Shown here: one piece after another, positions 44,978 through 53,201 of the stretch | Layout: the number at the start of each line of letters is the position of its first letter | Position numbering within the stretch: position 1 is the first letter of the stretch | DNA from: Candidatus Nealsonbacteria bacterium | GTDB lineage: Bacteria > Patescibacteriota > Minisyncoccia > Minisyncoccales > MHMH01 | Reading direction: 5' to 3' | Length of the DNA: 64,000 nucleotides | Assembly: GCA_016188865.1 (NCBI GenBank) | Contig: JACPGX010000005.1 | Coordinates: 114,081 to 178,080 of the forward strand | The notes under the pieces: model-generated | Seen by the model: the letters and a program-made list of their open reading frames with translations, nothing else | Told to the model about the DNA's origin: nothing | The model's database searches: none | Program-made: the position numbers and the translations under genes

Positions 44978-46915
44978 ATGACGAAAAAAACACCAAAAAA
45001 AGAATCAAATTATACGGCAAAAGATATTTATGTTTTAGAGGGGCTGGAGCCTGTTAGGAAAAGGCCCGGAATGTATATTGGGTCTACCGGTCCCGACGGG
45101 CTTCACCATTTAATTTGGGAAGTAGCCGATAACTCTTTAGATGAAGCTATGGGCGGTTATGCTAAGAATATTACGGTTATTCTTCTTCCTCAAAGCAGAA
45201 TAGAAATAACTGACGATGGTCGGGGAATTCCCGTGGAAAAGCATCCGCAAACCAAAAAATCAACTTTGGAAACAGTCATGACCACATTGCATGCGGGCGG
45301 TAAATTCGGAGGCGAGGCTTACAAGGTTTCTGGCGGACTGCACGGCGTGGGGGTTTCTGTTGTCTGCGCTCTTTCCAAGTGGATGAAAGCTGAAGTTTGC
45401 CGCGATGGCTCAAAATATGCTCAAGAGTATGTCAGGGGCAAGCCTCAGGGAGCAGTTAAGAAAATAGGCCCATGCCGGCAGACGGGGACCACCGTATCTT
45501 TTGAGCCTGATCCGGAAATTTTTAAAGAAATTAAGTTTGATATCAAAAAGATTTTGAACCATTTGCGCCAGCAGGCTTATCTAACTCAAGGCGTAAGGAT
45601 TAACGTTATAGACAGAACTTTAACGGGCCAGATTTTTAATTATACTTTTTATTTTGAAGGCGGGGTAAAATCTTACGTGAAATATTTAGTAAGAGGCCAG
45701 GAGTTAAGCCATCAGACTATTTTTTATGCCGTAGGCGAAAAAGACGGAATCGCAGTAGATACGGCCTTTCAATATACTAATGAGATAGAAGGTTATGAAG
45801 AAGGCTTTGCCAATAATATTCATACAGGAGAAGGCGGAACGCATATTACCGGCTTTAGGGCCGGCTTGACTAGGTCGCTTAATGACTATGCCAAGAAAAA
45901 TAATTACCTTAAAGGAGAAGGCGAGAATAGTTTAGCAGGCGAGGATGTGAGAGAGGGTTTGACAGCTGTTGTGTCGGTTAAAATAAGGGAGCCGCAATTT
46001 GAGGGACAGACTAAAGCAAAATTAGGCAATCCTGAAGCTAAAGTAGCTGTGGAGACAGTAGTTTCCGACGGTTTGGCTGATTTTTTGGAAAGAAATCCAT
46101 CGGATGCCAGGGCCATAATTGAAAAATGCCTTTTAGTAGCAAAAGCCAGAAAAGCTGCCAAGGCTGCCCGCCAGACTGTTTTGAGAAAAGGAGCCTTGGA
46201 TGGGTTAGCTTTGCCGGGAAAACTAGCTGACTGCAGTTCCAGGAATCCGGAAGAATCAGAATTGTATATCGTCGAAGGCGAGAGCGCCGGCGGAAGTTCT
46301 AGGCAGGCGAGAGATCGCCATTTTCAGGCGATACTGCCCTTGAGAGGTAAAATTCTGAACGTTGAAAAAGCCAGACTGGATAAAATGCTGGACTCCAAAG
46401 AAATTAAATCTCTCATTATCGCTTTGGGCACCGCTATTGCCGATGACTTCGATTTAACTAAATTGAGATACCACAGAATTATTATTATGACCGATGCCGA
46501 CGTTGACGGCTCGCATATCAGAACTTTGCTTTTGACTCTTTTTTACCGGCATTTTAAACAAATGGTTGAGCAAGGCCATATTTATATCGCTCAGCCGCCG
46601 CTTTACAGGATTCAGGCCGGGAAAAGAATTGACTATGCTTATACTGACGCTGACAAGGAAGGGGTTCTAAAAAGCATGGCGAAAGAAGTAAAAATAGCTC
46701 CCTCGATTCAGCGATATAAAGGCTTGGGAGAAATGAATCCGGATCAGTTGTGGGAAACAACTATGAACCCTCAAAATAGAGTACTCTTGCAGGTTACCGT
46801 TGAGGATGCTAAGGAAGCTGACAGGATTTTTGATATTTTAATGGGCGATGAAGTATTGCCGCGCAAAAAATTTATTCAAGCTCATGCCAAAAGCGTGAAG
46901 AATCTTGACATTTAA
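44978..46915 (+). CDS. gyrB: DNA gyrase subunit B
   Basis: VRKRPGMYIG, LHAGGKF, VEGESA, MTDADVDG, RYKGLGEM. Confidence 0.97.
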   Translation: MTKKTPKKESNYTAKDIYVLEGLEPVRKRPGMYIGSTGPDGLHHLIWEVADNSLDEAMGGYAKNITVILLPQSRIEITDDGRGIPVEKHPQTKKSTLETVMTTLHAGGKFGGEAYKVSGGLHGVGVSVVCALSKWMKAEVCRDGSKYAQEYVRGKPQGAVKKIGPCRQTGTTVSFEPDPEIFKEIKFDIKKILNHLRQQAYLTQGVRINVIDRTLTGQIFNYTFYFEGGVKSYVKYLVRGQELSHQTIFYAVGEKDGIAVDTAFQYTNEIEGYEEGFANNIHTGEGGTHITGFRAGLTRSLNDYAKKNNYLKGEGENSLAGEDVREGLTAVVSVKIREPQFEGQTKAKLGNPEAKVAVETVVSDGLADFLERNPSDARAIIEKCLLVAKARKAAKAARQTVLRKGALDGLALPGKLADCSSRNPEESELYIVEGESAGGSSRQARDRHFQAILPLRGKILNVEKARLDKMLDSKEIKSLIIALGTAIADDFDLTKLRYHRIIIMTDADVDGSHIRTLLLTLFYRHFKQMVEQGHIYIAQPPLYRIQAGKRIDYAYTDADKEGVLKSMAKEVKIAPSIQRYKGLGEMNPDQLWETTMNPQNRVLLQVTVEDAKEADRIFDILMGDEVLPRKKFIQAHAKSVKNLDI

Positions 46916-46930
46916 ATCTTGATATTTAAT

Positions 46931-47332
46931 ATGTCAGAAAATTTCGATAAAAAGGGAACAATTAAAGCAATGGGGATTGCTTTAATTGTAGCTATTTTGG
47001 GAATAGTGGTTTTGGGCTGGCAGTATAATCGGTTAGAAAAACAGCAACTGCCGGCCCTAGAAGAAAAAATAGAGCAGAATTCTGCCCGGGATGTTTTAAG
47101 AAGGTATTTAGAAACGAGAGCAGATATTCTTTTGACGGAAAGGGCGATGGAGCAAAAAGTTAGGGGAGAGTTTGTTTTGGAGGATATTAAATCTTACGAA
47201 ATTTTAAAAGTTGAAAAGGTAGCCGATGAGCAATATAAATTTCACGTTAAAGTCGGAGATTTTACTGAGATAATTACTCTGATTAAGGTTCTGAGCAGTT
47301 ATTATATAGACGCCATTGACACAGCTGGTTAA
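46931..47332 (+). CDS. Hypothetical single-TM protein
   Basis: ORF with N-terminal TM between gyrB and secE. Confidence 0.7.
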   Translation: MSENFDKKGTIKAMGIALIVAILGIVVLGWQYNRLEKQQLPALEEKIEQNSARDVLRRYLETRADILLTERAMEQKVRGEFVLEDIKSYEILKVEKVADEQYKFHVKVGDFTEIITLIKVLSSYYIDAIDTAG

Positions 47333-47379
47333 TTTTGCTAATATCAAAATTGAGCCCGCAAGGGCTTTTTAAAAACCTT

Positions 47380-47565
47380 ATGTTATTAAAAATCGCCGCT
47401 TTTCTTAAAGAAGTAAATATGGAAATAAAAAAAGTAAACTGGCCCACAAAACACCAGCTTTTAAGATACACCATGATTGTCCTTGGTATTTCTGGAGCCG
47501 TAGCGTTATTTTTAGGCAGTTTAGACTTCCTTTTTACCACTATATTGAATAAATTCGTACTCTAA
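47380..47565 (+). CDS. secE: Preprotein translocase SecE
   Basis: FLKEV..EIKKVNWPT + TM; upstream of nusG. Confidence 0.93.
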   Translation: MLLKIAAFLKEVNMEIKKVNWPTKHQLLRYTMIVLGISGAVALFLGSLDFLFTTILNKFVL

Positions 47566-47566
47566 T

Positions 47567-48112
47567 ATGCCAAAACAGCAGGTAGAACAAGCGAAAAATT
47601 GGTATGTTATACATACTTACTCGGGATATGAAGATGCAGTAGCCGCAGCCCTTAAGCAGCGGGTTGAGTCTTTGGGCATGGAAGACAGAATTTTTAATGT
47701 AATAGTGCCCAAAGAAAAAAAGATAAAAATTAAAGAAGGCAAGAGAAGAGTAGTTGAAGAAAAAATTTATCCGGGGTATGTTTTAGTTGAGATGGTAGTT
47801 ACCGACGACAGCTGGTATGTGGTGAGAAATACGCCCAATGTTACGGGTTTTGTCGGGGCTGGCACCACTCCTGTGCCAGTTTCTCAACAGGAAATGGATA
47901 CTTTAAAGAAGAAAATGGGGGTTGATGTTCCGCAGTATAAAATCGATGTCCAAATTGGCGAGGCTGTTAAAATTACCGATGGCCCATTTAAGGATTTTGA
48001 CGGCAAGGTTTCAGAGATTGATGAGCAAAGAGGCAAAGTTAAAGTGTTGGTCAACATGTTCGGTAGAGATACGCCCGTCGAATTAGATTCATTACAAATC
48101 AAAAAGATTTAA
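47567..48112 (+). CDS. nusG: Transcription factor NusG
   Basis: [31 protein letters not shown]. Confidence 0.98.
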   Translation: MPKQQVEQAKNWYVIHTYSGYEDAVAAALKQRVESLGMEDRIFNVIVPKEKKIKIKEGKRRVVEEKIYPGYVLVEMVVTDDSWYVVRNTPNVTGFVGAGTTPVPVSQQEMDTLKKKMGVDVPQYKIDVQIGEAVKITDGPFKDFDGKVSEIDEQRGKVKVLVNMFGRDTPVELDSLQIKKI

Positions 48113-48114
48113 TT

Positions 48115-48540
48115 ATGGCAAAGAAAATTAAAGCTATTGTAAAACTTCAGATTCAAGCAGGAGCAGCTACCCCGGCGCCGCCGGTGGGGCCGGCTTTGGC
48201 TCAGCACGGTTTGAACATTATGGAGTTTTGCCAAAAATTCAATGAAGCCACTAAAGCTAACGCCGGTTTTAAAATTCCTGTGGAAATTACGATTTTTGAG
48301 GACAGAACTTATACTTTCAAACTAAAACAGCCGCCTGCCTCCGAGCTTTTAAAGAAAATAGCTGGCATTGAAAAAGGCTCCGGTGTGCCAAACAAAACAA
48401 AGGTTGCTAAAATTACTAGAGATCAGCTTAAAAAGGTGGCCGAACAGAAAATGCAGGATTTGAATGCCAATGATATTGAAGCAGCTATGAGAATTATTGA
48501 GGGTACAGCCCGCAACATGGGGATTGAAATAACCGGTTAA
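48115..48540 (+). CDS. rplK: 50S ribosomal protein L11
   Basis: [18 protein letters not shown]. Confidence 0.98.
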   Translation: MAKKIKAIVKLQIQAGAATPAPPVGPALAQHGLNIMEFCQKFNEATKANAGFKIPVEITIFEDRTYTFKLKQPPASELLKKIAGIEKGSGVPNKTKVAKITRDQLKKVAEQKMQDLNANDIEAAMRIIEGTARNMGIEITG

Positions 48541-48621
48541 ATATTTGGGATGTCCGAAACCGCGCGTCAACACCCGGTGTTGACGAAGAAACACCGGGTG
48601 TTTAATCGGTTTCGGACATCC
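48541..48621. repeat. Nested palindrome doublets
   Basis: Outer IR GGATGTCCGAAACCG/CGGTTTCGGACATCC enclosing CGTCAACAC-CCG-GTGTTGACG and AAACAC-CGG-GTGTTT. Confidence 0.85.
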
Positions 48622-48633
48622 AGACATAAAAAC

Positions 48634-49185
48634 ATGGAATCAACAAATTCTCAAAATCAGAGGCCTTCATGGGATGAGTTTTGGTTCACTTTGGCGCTTT
48701 TTTATTCTACTCGTGGAACTTGCGACAGGTTGAAAGCAGCCTGTCTTTTAATTGATAAAAATAATAGGCTGGTTGGAGCCGGTTATAACGGTTCTCTGCC
48801 CGGGCATCCGCATTGCGACGAGGCAGGGCATTTGATGGTTGACGGCCATTGTTTGAGGACTTTGCATGCTGAAGTTAATGCCATTATGCACAGCGTGGGA
48901 GATTTGGAGGGAGCTACTGCTTATGTTTTGGGGACTCCCTGCATTGACTGCGTCAAAAAACTTCTTGCTAAAAAAGTGAAAAAGATTTTTTTTACCAGGG
49001 ATTACGATAATCAGGCCCGCGGGGGAGAATATATTTTTGATTTAGCCAAAACATCGGGAGCGGAAATGAGGAGAGTTGATGTGGATTTTACGGAAGTTTT
49101 AAGTAAGGAAATGACAATTCTTACCGGAACAGGTGGCGCTTTCTTCGGCCAAAATTATGGGTTTACGAAACCCACTCAAATTTGA
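48634..49185 (+). CDS. dCMP deaminase (ComEB-like)
   Basis: RPSWDE, TCDR, GYNG, HAEVNA, PCIDC. Confidence 0.92.
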   Translation: MESTNSQNQRPSWDEFWFTLALFYSTRGTCDRLKAACLLIDKNNRLVGAGYNGSLPGHPHCDEAGHLMVDGHCLRTLHAEVNAIMHSVGDLEGATAYVLGTPCIDCVKKLLAKKVKKIFFTRDYDNQARGGEYIFDLAKTSGAEMRRVDVDFTEVLSKEMTILTGTGGAFFGQNYGFTKPTQI

Positions 49186-49209
49186 GAGGGTTTCGTAAAC
49201 CCCAAATAT
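49159..49209. repeat. Palindrome doublet overlapping dCMP deaminase stop
   Basis: GGTTT-ACG-AAACC + CACTCAAATTTGAGAG + GGTTT-CGT-AAACC. Confidence 0.85.
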
Positions 49210-49210
49210 A

Positions 49211-49633
49211 ATGGAAATACGAATTCAAAAAATAGATCCCTCGGCTAAGGTTCCCGTTTTCGCTTACGAGGGCGACGCTGGAATGGATATTTTTTCCTGC
49301 GAAGATTGCAAAATAGAGCCCTTTGAAAAGAAGGCCATAAGCACTGGTTTGAAAATAGCGGTGCCTGCTGGTTTTGCCGGTTTTATTTGGGACAAATCCG
49401 GTTTAGCTCTTAATAATTCATTAAAAACTATGGCCGGAGTTTTAGATTCAGGCTATAGGGGAGAGTTGAAAATAATTTTAATGAATTTAGGCAAAGAGCC
49501 TTACGAGGTTAAAAAAGGCCAGAAAGTTGCCCAGCTTATAATCAAAAAAATAGAAAAACCGGAAATTATTGAAGATGTTTTGGATGATACCGAGCGCGGC
49601 GAAAGGGGGTTTGGCAGTTCGGGGCTAACTTAA
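49211..49633 (+). CDS. dut: dUTP diphosphatase
   Basis: DAGMD, KSGLA, GVLDSGYRGE, RGERGFGSSG. Confidence 0.96.
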   Translation: MEIRIQKIDPSAKVPVFAYEGDAGMDIFSCEDCKIEPFEKKAISTGLKIAVPAGFAGFIWDKSGLALNNSLKTMAGVLDSGYRGELKIILMNLGKEPYEVKKGQKVAQLIIKKIEKPEIIEDVLDDTERGERGFGSSGLT

Positions 49634-49638
49634 ATTTT

Positions 49639-50256
49639 ATGGAAAAAAATCCATATCTTGGCAAATTTATCGTTTTTGAGGGGTTGGATGGCTCCGGGCA
49701 ATCAACTCAGGCAGCTCTTTTAAAAGATTTTTTGGTTCAGAGTGGCCATGGTGTTATTTTAACAAAAGAGCCGACTATGGATTCCGGAGCCGGCAGGCAA
49801 ATCCGCCAAGTTTTGAACAAAAATACAGGGGTGCAACCCCTGTATCTGCAGGAGTTGTTTGCCGAGGATAGAAGAGAGCATTTGGCTAATGTCATCGCTC
49901 CAGCTTTAAAAGACGGAAAAATAGCGATATCTGATCGGTATTTTTTTTCCTCCTTTGCTTATGGAGCAGCTTCGGGAGTAGACTTAGAAGAGCTTATTAA
50001 ATTAAACCAAGGTTTTTTGACACCCGATTTAACTATAATTTTAAAAGTAAGGCCGGAAGTTTGTATGGAAAGAATAGGGAAAAGAGGAGAACCGCAAACT
50101 CTTTTTGAGGAAGCAGAAAGACTTGGGATGGTATGGCAGACCTATCAGGCATTGCCGGAACGTTTCGAAAATGTTTATATTATAAATGGTGAAAGGCAAA
50201 TTAAAGAAGTTTTTTCAGAAGTCAAAGAAATAGTACGTTCAAAATTGAATTTATAA
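49639..50256 (+). CDS. tmk: Thymidylate kinase
   Basis: FIVFEGLDGSGQSTQ, TKEP, SDRY, PDL. Confidence 0.93.
   Translation: MEKNPYLGKFIVFEGLDGSGQSTQAALLKDFLVQSGHGVILTKEPTMDSGAGRQIRQVLNKNTGVQPLYLQELFAEDRREHLANVIAPALKDGKIAISDRYFFSSFAYGAASGVDLEELIKLNQGFLTPDLTIILKVRPEVCMERIGKRGEPQTLFEEAERLGMVWQTYQALPERFENVYIINGERQIKEVFSEVKEIVRSKLNL
49823..49845. repeat. Perfect palindrome inside tmk
   Basis: ATACAGGGGT-GCA-ACCCCTGTAT. Confidence 0.75.
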
Positions 50257-50266
50257 GGAGGTTAAA

Positions 50267-50935
50267 TTGGTGAAAAAATTTTTGGATGTAGTTTCTCTTG
50301 AAGCGAGGGATTTACCCGAAGCTTGGCGGTCTTGCGTGAGAGAGCTTTTCGATAAGGGCCATAAATATAAGATTGACAGGGGCAGCTTTGCCGGACAGCA
50401 TAGACTGGAATTTGATTTTATCACCGTCAGAGTCAAGTATCCCGGTACCAGACCCATAGTTCCGGTGCTTGATGTGCCTCAAGGCGTGCCGCCGCCTTCA
50501 ACGATGGATTATGTTGAATCTTACCTGCCTTATTTAATGACTTCTGAAAGAAAAGAAGGCGAGCAATATACTTACGGCCAATATCTTGAACCGCAGATTG
50601 CCAAAGCGATCAAAATGTACAAAGAAGACGGACACGGCACCAATCAGGCGTACATGGCCGTGGGCGATAAAAACTCCATTGATCTTTCCGATCCTCCTTG
50701 TTTGAGAGGCATTGATACCAGAATAAGGTACGGAAAACTCCACTTTATGGTCTATTTTCGCTCTTGGGACCTTTGGGCCGGCTTTCCTTCTAATTTGGCG
50801 GCTATACAGCTTTTGAAAGAATATATGGGCTCCGAAATCGGCGTGGAGGACGGAGAACTGATAGCTTGCAGCAAGGGCCTGCACCTTTACGAATATATTT
50901 GGGATATGGCCAAAGTGATGTGCGGAATAAAATAG
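50267..50935 (+). CDS. thyA: Thymidylate synthase (short, archaeal-like)
   Basis: YTYG, DPPC, FRSWD, FPSN, LHLY. Confidence 0.88.
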   Translation: MVKKFLDVVSLEARDLPEAWRSCVRELFDKGHKYKIDRGSFAGQHRLEFDFITVRVKYPGTRPIVPVLDVPQGVPPPSTMDYVESYLPYLMTSERKEGEQYTYGQYLEPQIAKAIKMYKEDGHGTNQAYMAVGDKNSIDLSDPPCLRGIDTRIRYGKLHFMVYFRSWDLWAGFPSNLAAIQLLKEYMGSEIGVEDGELIACSKGLHLYEYIWDMAKVMCGIK

Positions 50936-50999
50936 AATAATAAAGCTCTCGACTTTCGAGGGCTTTTCATTTTGTATTTATTAATCCATATGTTATATT

Positions 51000-51776
51000 A
51001 AAGTAGCGGGAACATTTCCCGTTACTTTAATTATGCCGAGTAAAAAAAGGCCGCCATTAGTTAATAGCGAGATATATCATATAGTAATAAGGACAGTAGA
51101 GGATCTTAAACTTTTTCGTGATGACCACGATTTTTTAAGAATGATACATGATTTATTCGCTTTTAATGACACAGTGCCAGTTTCCTCATATTTTCGTAGG
51201 GATAAAGTAACGGGAACGTTTCCCGCTACTTTTATGAAGAGAAAAAGAGAAGTATTGGTTGAAATTTTAGCCTTTTGCTTGATGTCGAATCATGTTCATT
51301 TATTAGTACGTCAATTAAAAGACGATGGAATAAGTAATTTTATGAGAAAAATTGGAGCCGGTTACAGCGCTTATTATAATCAGAAATATAAGAGAGCTGG
51401 TCATGTTTTTCAGGGAAGATATAAAATAGTTCATATAACCAATGATAATCAGCTAAAAACTATTTTTGTATATATTCACACTAATCCAGTGGCAATTATT
51501 TATCCCCACTGGAAGGAGGAAGGGATCGGAATTAAATATTTAGGCAAAGTTATTCAATTTATAGAAGAATACCGTTGGTCAAGTTATTCAGATTATCTTG
51601 GAAATAAAAATTTTCCATCTCTGACTTTCAGAGAATGGTTGATGGGAGAGATTGGCGGGATCAACGAGTGCCGAAGATTTATTAATGATTGGCTGGAAAC
51701 AAAAAAAGATTTAGCTGATTTGGATAAAATTGCTATCAATTAATTTTAAAGTAACGGGAAATGTTCCCGCTACTTT
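51000..51776 (+). mobile_element. RAYT element 3 between 29-bp perfect inverted palindromic ends
   Basis: AAAGTAGCGGGAA-CAT-TTCCCGTTACTTT (51000-51028), exact reverse complement at 51748-51776, internal copy 51204-51232. Confidence 0.9.
51033..51743 (+). CDS. REP-associated tyrosine transposase (HUH/Y1)
   Basis: IYHIVIR, MSNHVH, FQGRY, YIHTNP, WSSY. Confidence 0.92.
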   Translation: MPSKKRPPLVNSEIYHIVIRTVEDLKLFRDDHDFLRMIHDLFAFNDTVPVSSYFRRDKVTGTFPATFMKRKREVLVEILAFCLMSNHVHLLVRQLKDDGISNFMRKIGAGYSAYYNQKYKRAGHVFQGRYKIVHITNDNQLKTIFVYIHTNPVAIIYPHWKEEGIGIKYLGKVIQFIEEYRWSSYSDYLGNKNFPSLTFREWLMGEIGGINECRRFINDWLETKKDLADLDKIAIN

Positions 51777-51819
51777 GCAGTTTGAGTTGTTTGTGCTATT
51801 TTGGTTATAGAAGATTATT

Positions 51820-52122
51820 ATGCCATACATAAAACAAGAAGTTCGCAAGGAACTTGATTCCGGTATTAAAAGCCTTGCAGATAAAATTAACGATTTGGCT
51901 AAAAAAGAGGGAGATGAGGCGGCTTTTGCCGGGCTTTTGAATTATACTTGCACAAAATTAACATTAAAAACAATTCCCGCTAGGCGCTACAAATGGATTG
52001 CAATGGTTTGCGGAGTTTTTTCAAATATAATTCATGAGTTCTATCGCCGCTATGCCGCCCCCTACGAAGAAGAGAAAATCAAAGAGAGCGGTGATGTTTA
52101 TCCAGAAAGCAGAGATAATTAG
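51820..52122 (+). CDS. Small conserved protein (DUF6899-like)
   Basis: MPYIK..GLLNY..EFYRR..PYEEEKI..GDV pattern, recognised from memory. Confidence 0.7.
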   Translation: MPYIKQEVRKELDSGIKSLADKINDLAKKEGDEAAFAGLLNYTCTKLTLKTIPARRYKWIAMVCGVFSNIIHEFYRRYAAPYEEEKIKESGDVYPESRDN

Positions 52123-53177
52123 GGAAGCTTGAAATGGTTTTTGAAGGGACGGTAGTTTTTCTTTAAGAAATTAAAGAACTCCCTTTCGTTATTGAAGACC
52201 TTGTCGCAGAAATAAGTGATAAATGGAGAGCCTTCGCCGCCCGGGTGTATCACCCAGACGGTTTTATTTGTTTCATGAGCTTCTCTAAGTTCGTTTATAA
52301 CTCCGGGAGAAGAAACGACTTTCGGGAAAAAGGCTACCACTTTTTTGCTTTGCCTGACTAGCCAATAAAGGTCTCTGTTAACTATTTGCGTGTAAAAAAC
52401 TGGATTTTTCTGTCCGGTTTTTTTATTAAATTTGACTATGCCGGGGCCAGAGGTGGCTTCAACGCTTCTTGGGTCGAAAACAACGAAATATTTATTTAAT
52501 TCCCCAACAAATTTATCAACTCTTGATTGCAATTTTTTATCTCTAAGGTGGGTTATTGGCATGCTGACATAAACCGGCTCCTGCCTTTGGTCAAAAAGCA
52601 GGCGATAGAGCCCTGAAAACGGGTGTTTGGCAGGGATTACGTAGAATGGCTTTAAATTTATATCCGCCCAGGAAGAAGTTACCTCTACTTCAACATTTTG
52701 CCAGAGCAGTATTTCTTCGAGTGTTAATTTTTCCGGCTTCCATTGCGGCCTTGCATCAAGATTTTTTTTGATTACAGTAGCATCATCGATAAAAGTTAAA
52801 AATACATCTGCGTTAAATTGAGTAGGATAAAATCTGTCATAGGCTTTGGTAAATATTTTTTTCCATAAAAAGAAAGCGTGAATATTGATAAATACGGCAT
52901 CGTATTTTTTTAAATCATGCTTAAGAGTGCTTAGGATATTCTCGAAAATAGCGCTTCTCAGGGAGTTTATTACGTGAGGATTAGCATTGAGCACATTTTC
53001 CGGAGTAAGGGTGATGCCTATTTTTTCTGCCTGTTCGAAAATCATTTGGCCGACATTATGAATTTTGACCAATTTTTTGTGGCTTTTGGCAAATTTTTCA
53101 AGCTGGGCCAAAAATTCTTTTCCCCCGCAGCCTGAAATACCAGTAGTAATAATTAGCATATCCATTGATTTTAACAC
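52119..53177 (-). CDS. Archaeal adenylate-kinase-like P-loop domain fused to NDT-like domain
   Basis: IITTGISGCGGK, WQNVE; C-terminal VYVSMPI..VFDP..RDL..SPGVINE. Confidence 0.6.
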   Translation of the reverse strand: MLKSMDMLIITTGISGCGGKEFLAQLEKFAKSHKKLVKIHNVGQMIFEQAEKIGITLTPENVLNANPHVINSLRSAIFENILSTLKHDLKKYDAVFINIHAFFLWKKIFTKAYDRFYPTQFNADVFLTFIDDATVIKKNLDARPQWKPEKLTLEEILLWQNVEVEVTSSWADINLKPFYVIPAKHPFSGLYRLLFDQRQEPVYVSMPITHLRDKKLQSRVDKFVGELNKYFVVFDPRSVEATSGPGIVKFNKKTGQKNPVFYTQIVNRDLYWLVRQSKKVVAFFPKVVSSPGVINELREAHETNKTVWVIHPGGEGSPFITYFCDKVFNNEREFFNFLKKNYRPFKNHFKLP

Positions 53178-53201
53178 TATTTTGGATTAAAATCAAAGAA
53201 T

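Noticed and set aside
50267-50935. ThyA as a base-modifying hydroxymethylase
   Set aside because: It retains the Asn typical of dUMP-specific enzymes (FPSN) and sits with dut, tmk and dCMP deaminase, so ordinary dTMP synthesis is sufficient.
12778-51743. IS200/IS605 elements with TnpB or IscB (RNA-guided)
   Set aside because: No RuvC-containing ORF next to any Y1 gene; length and motifs (YIHxNP, SSY) fit RAYT-type proteins.
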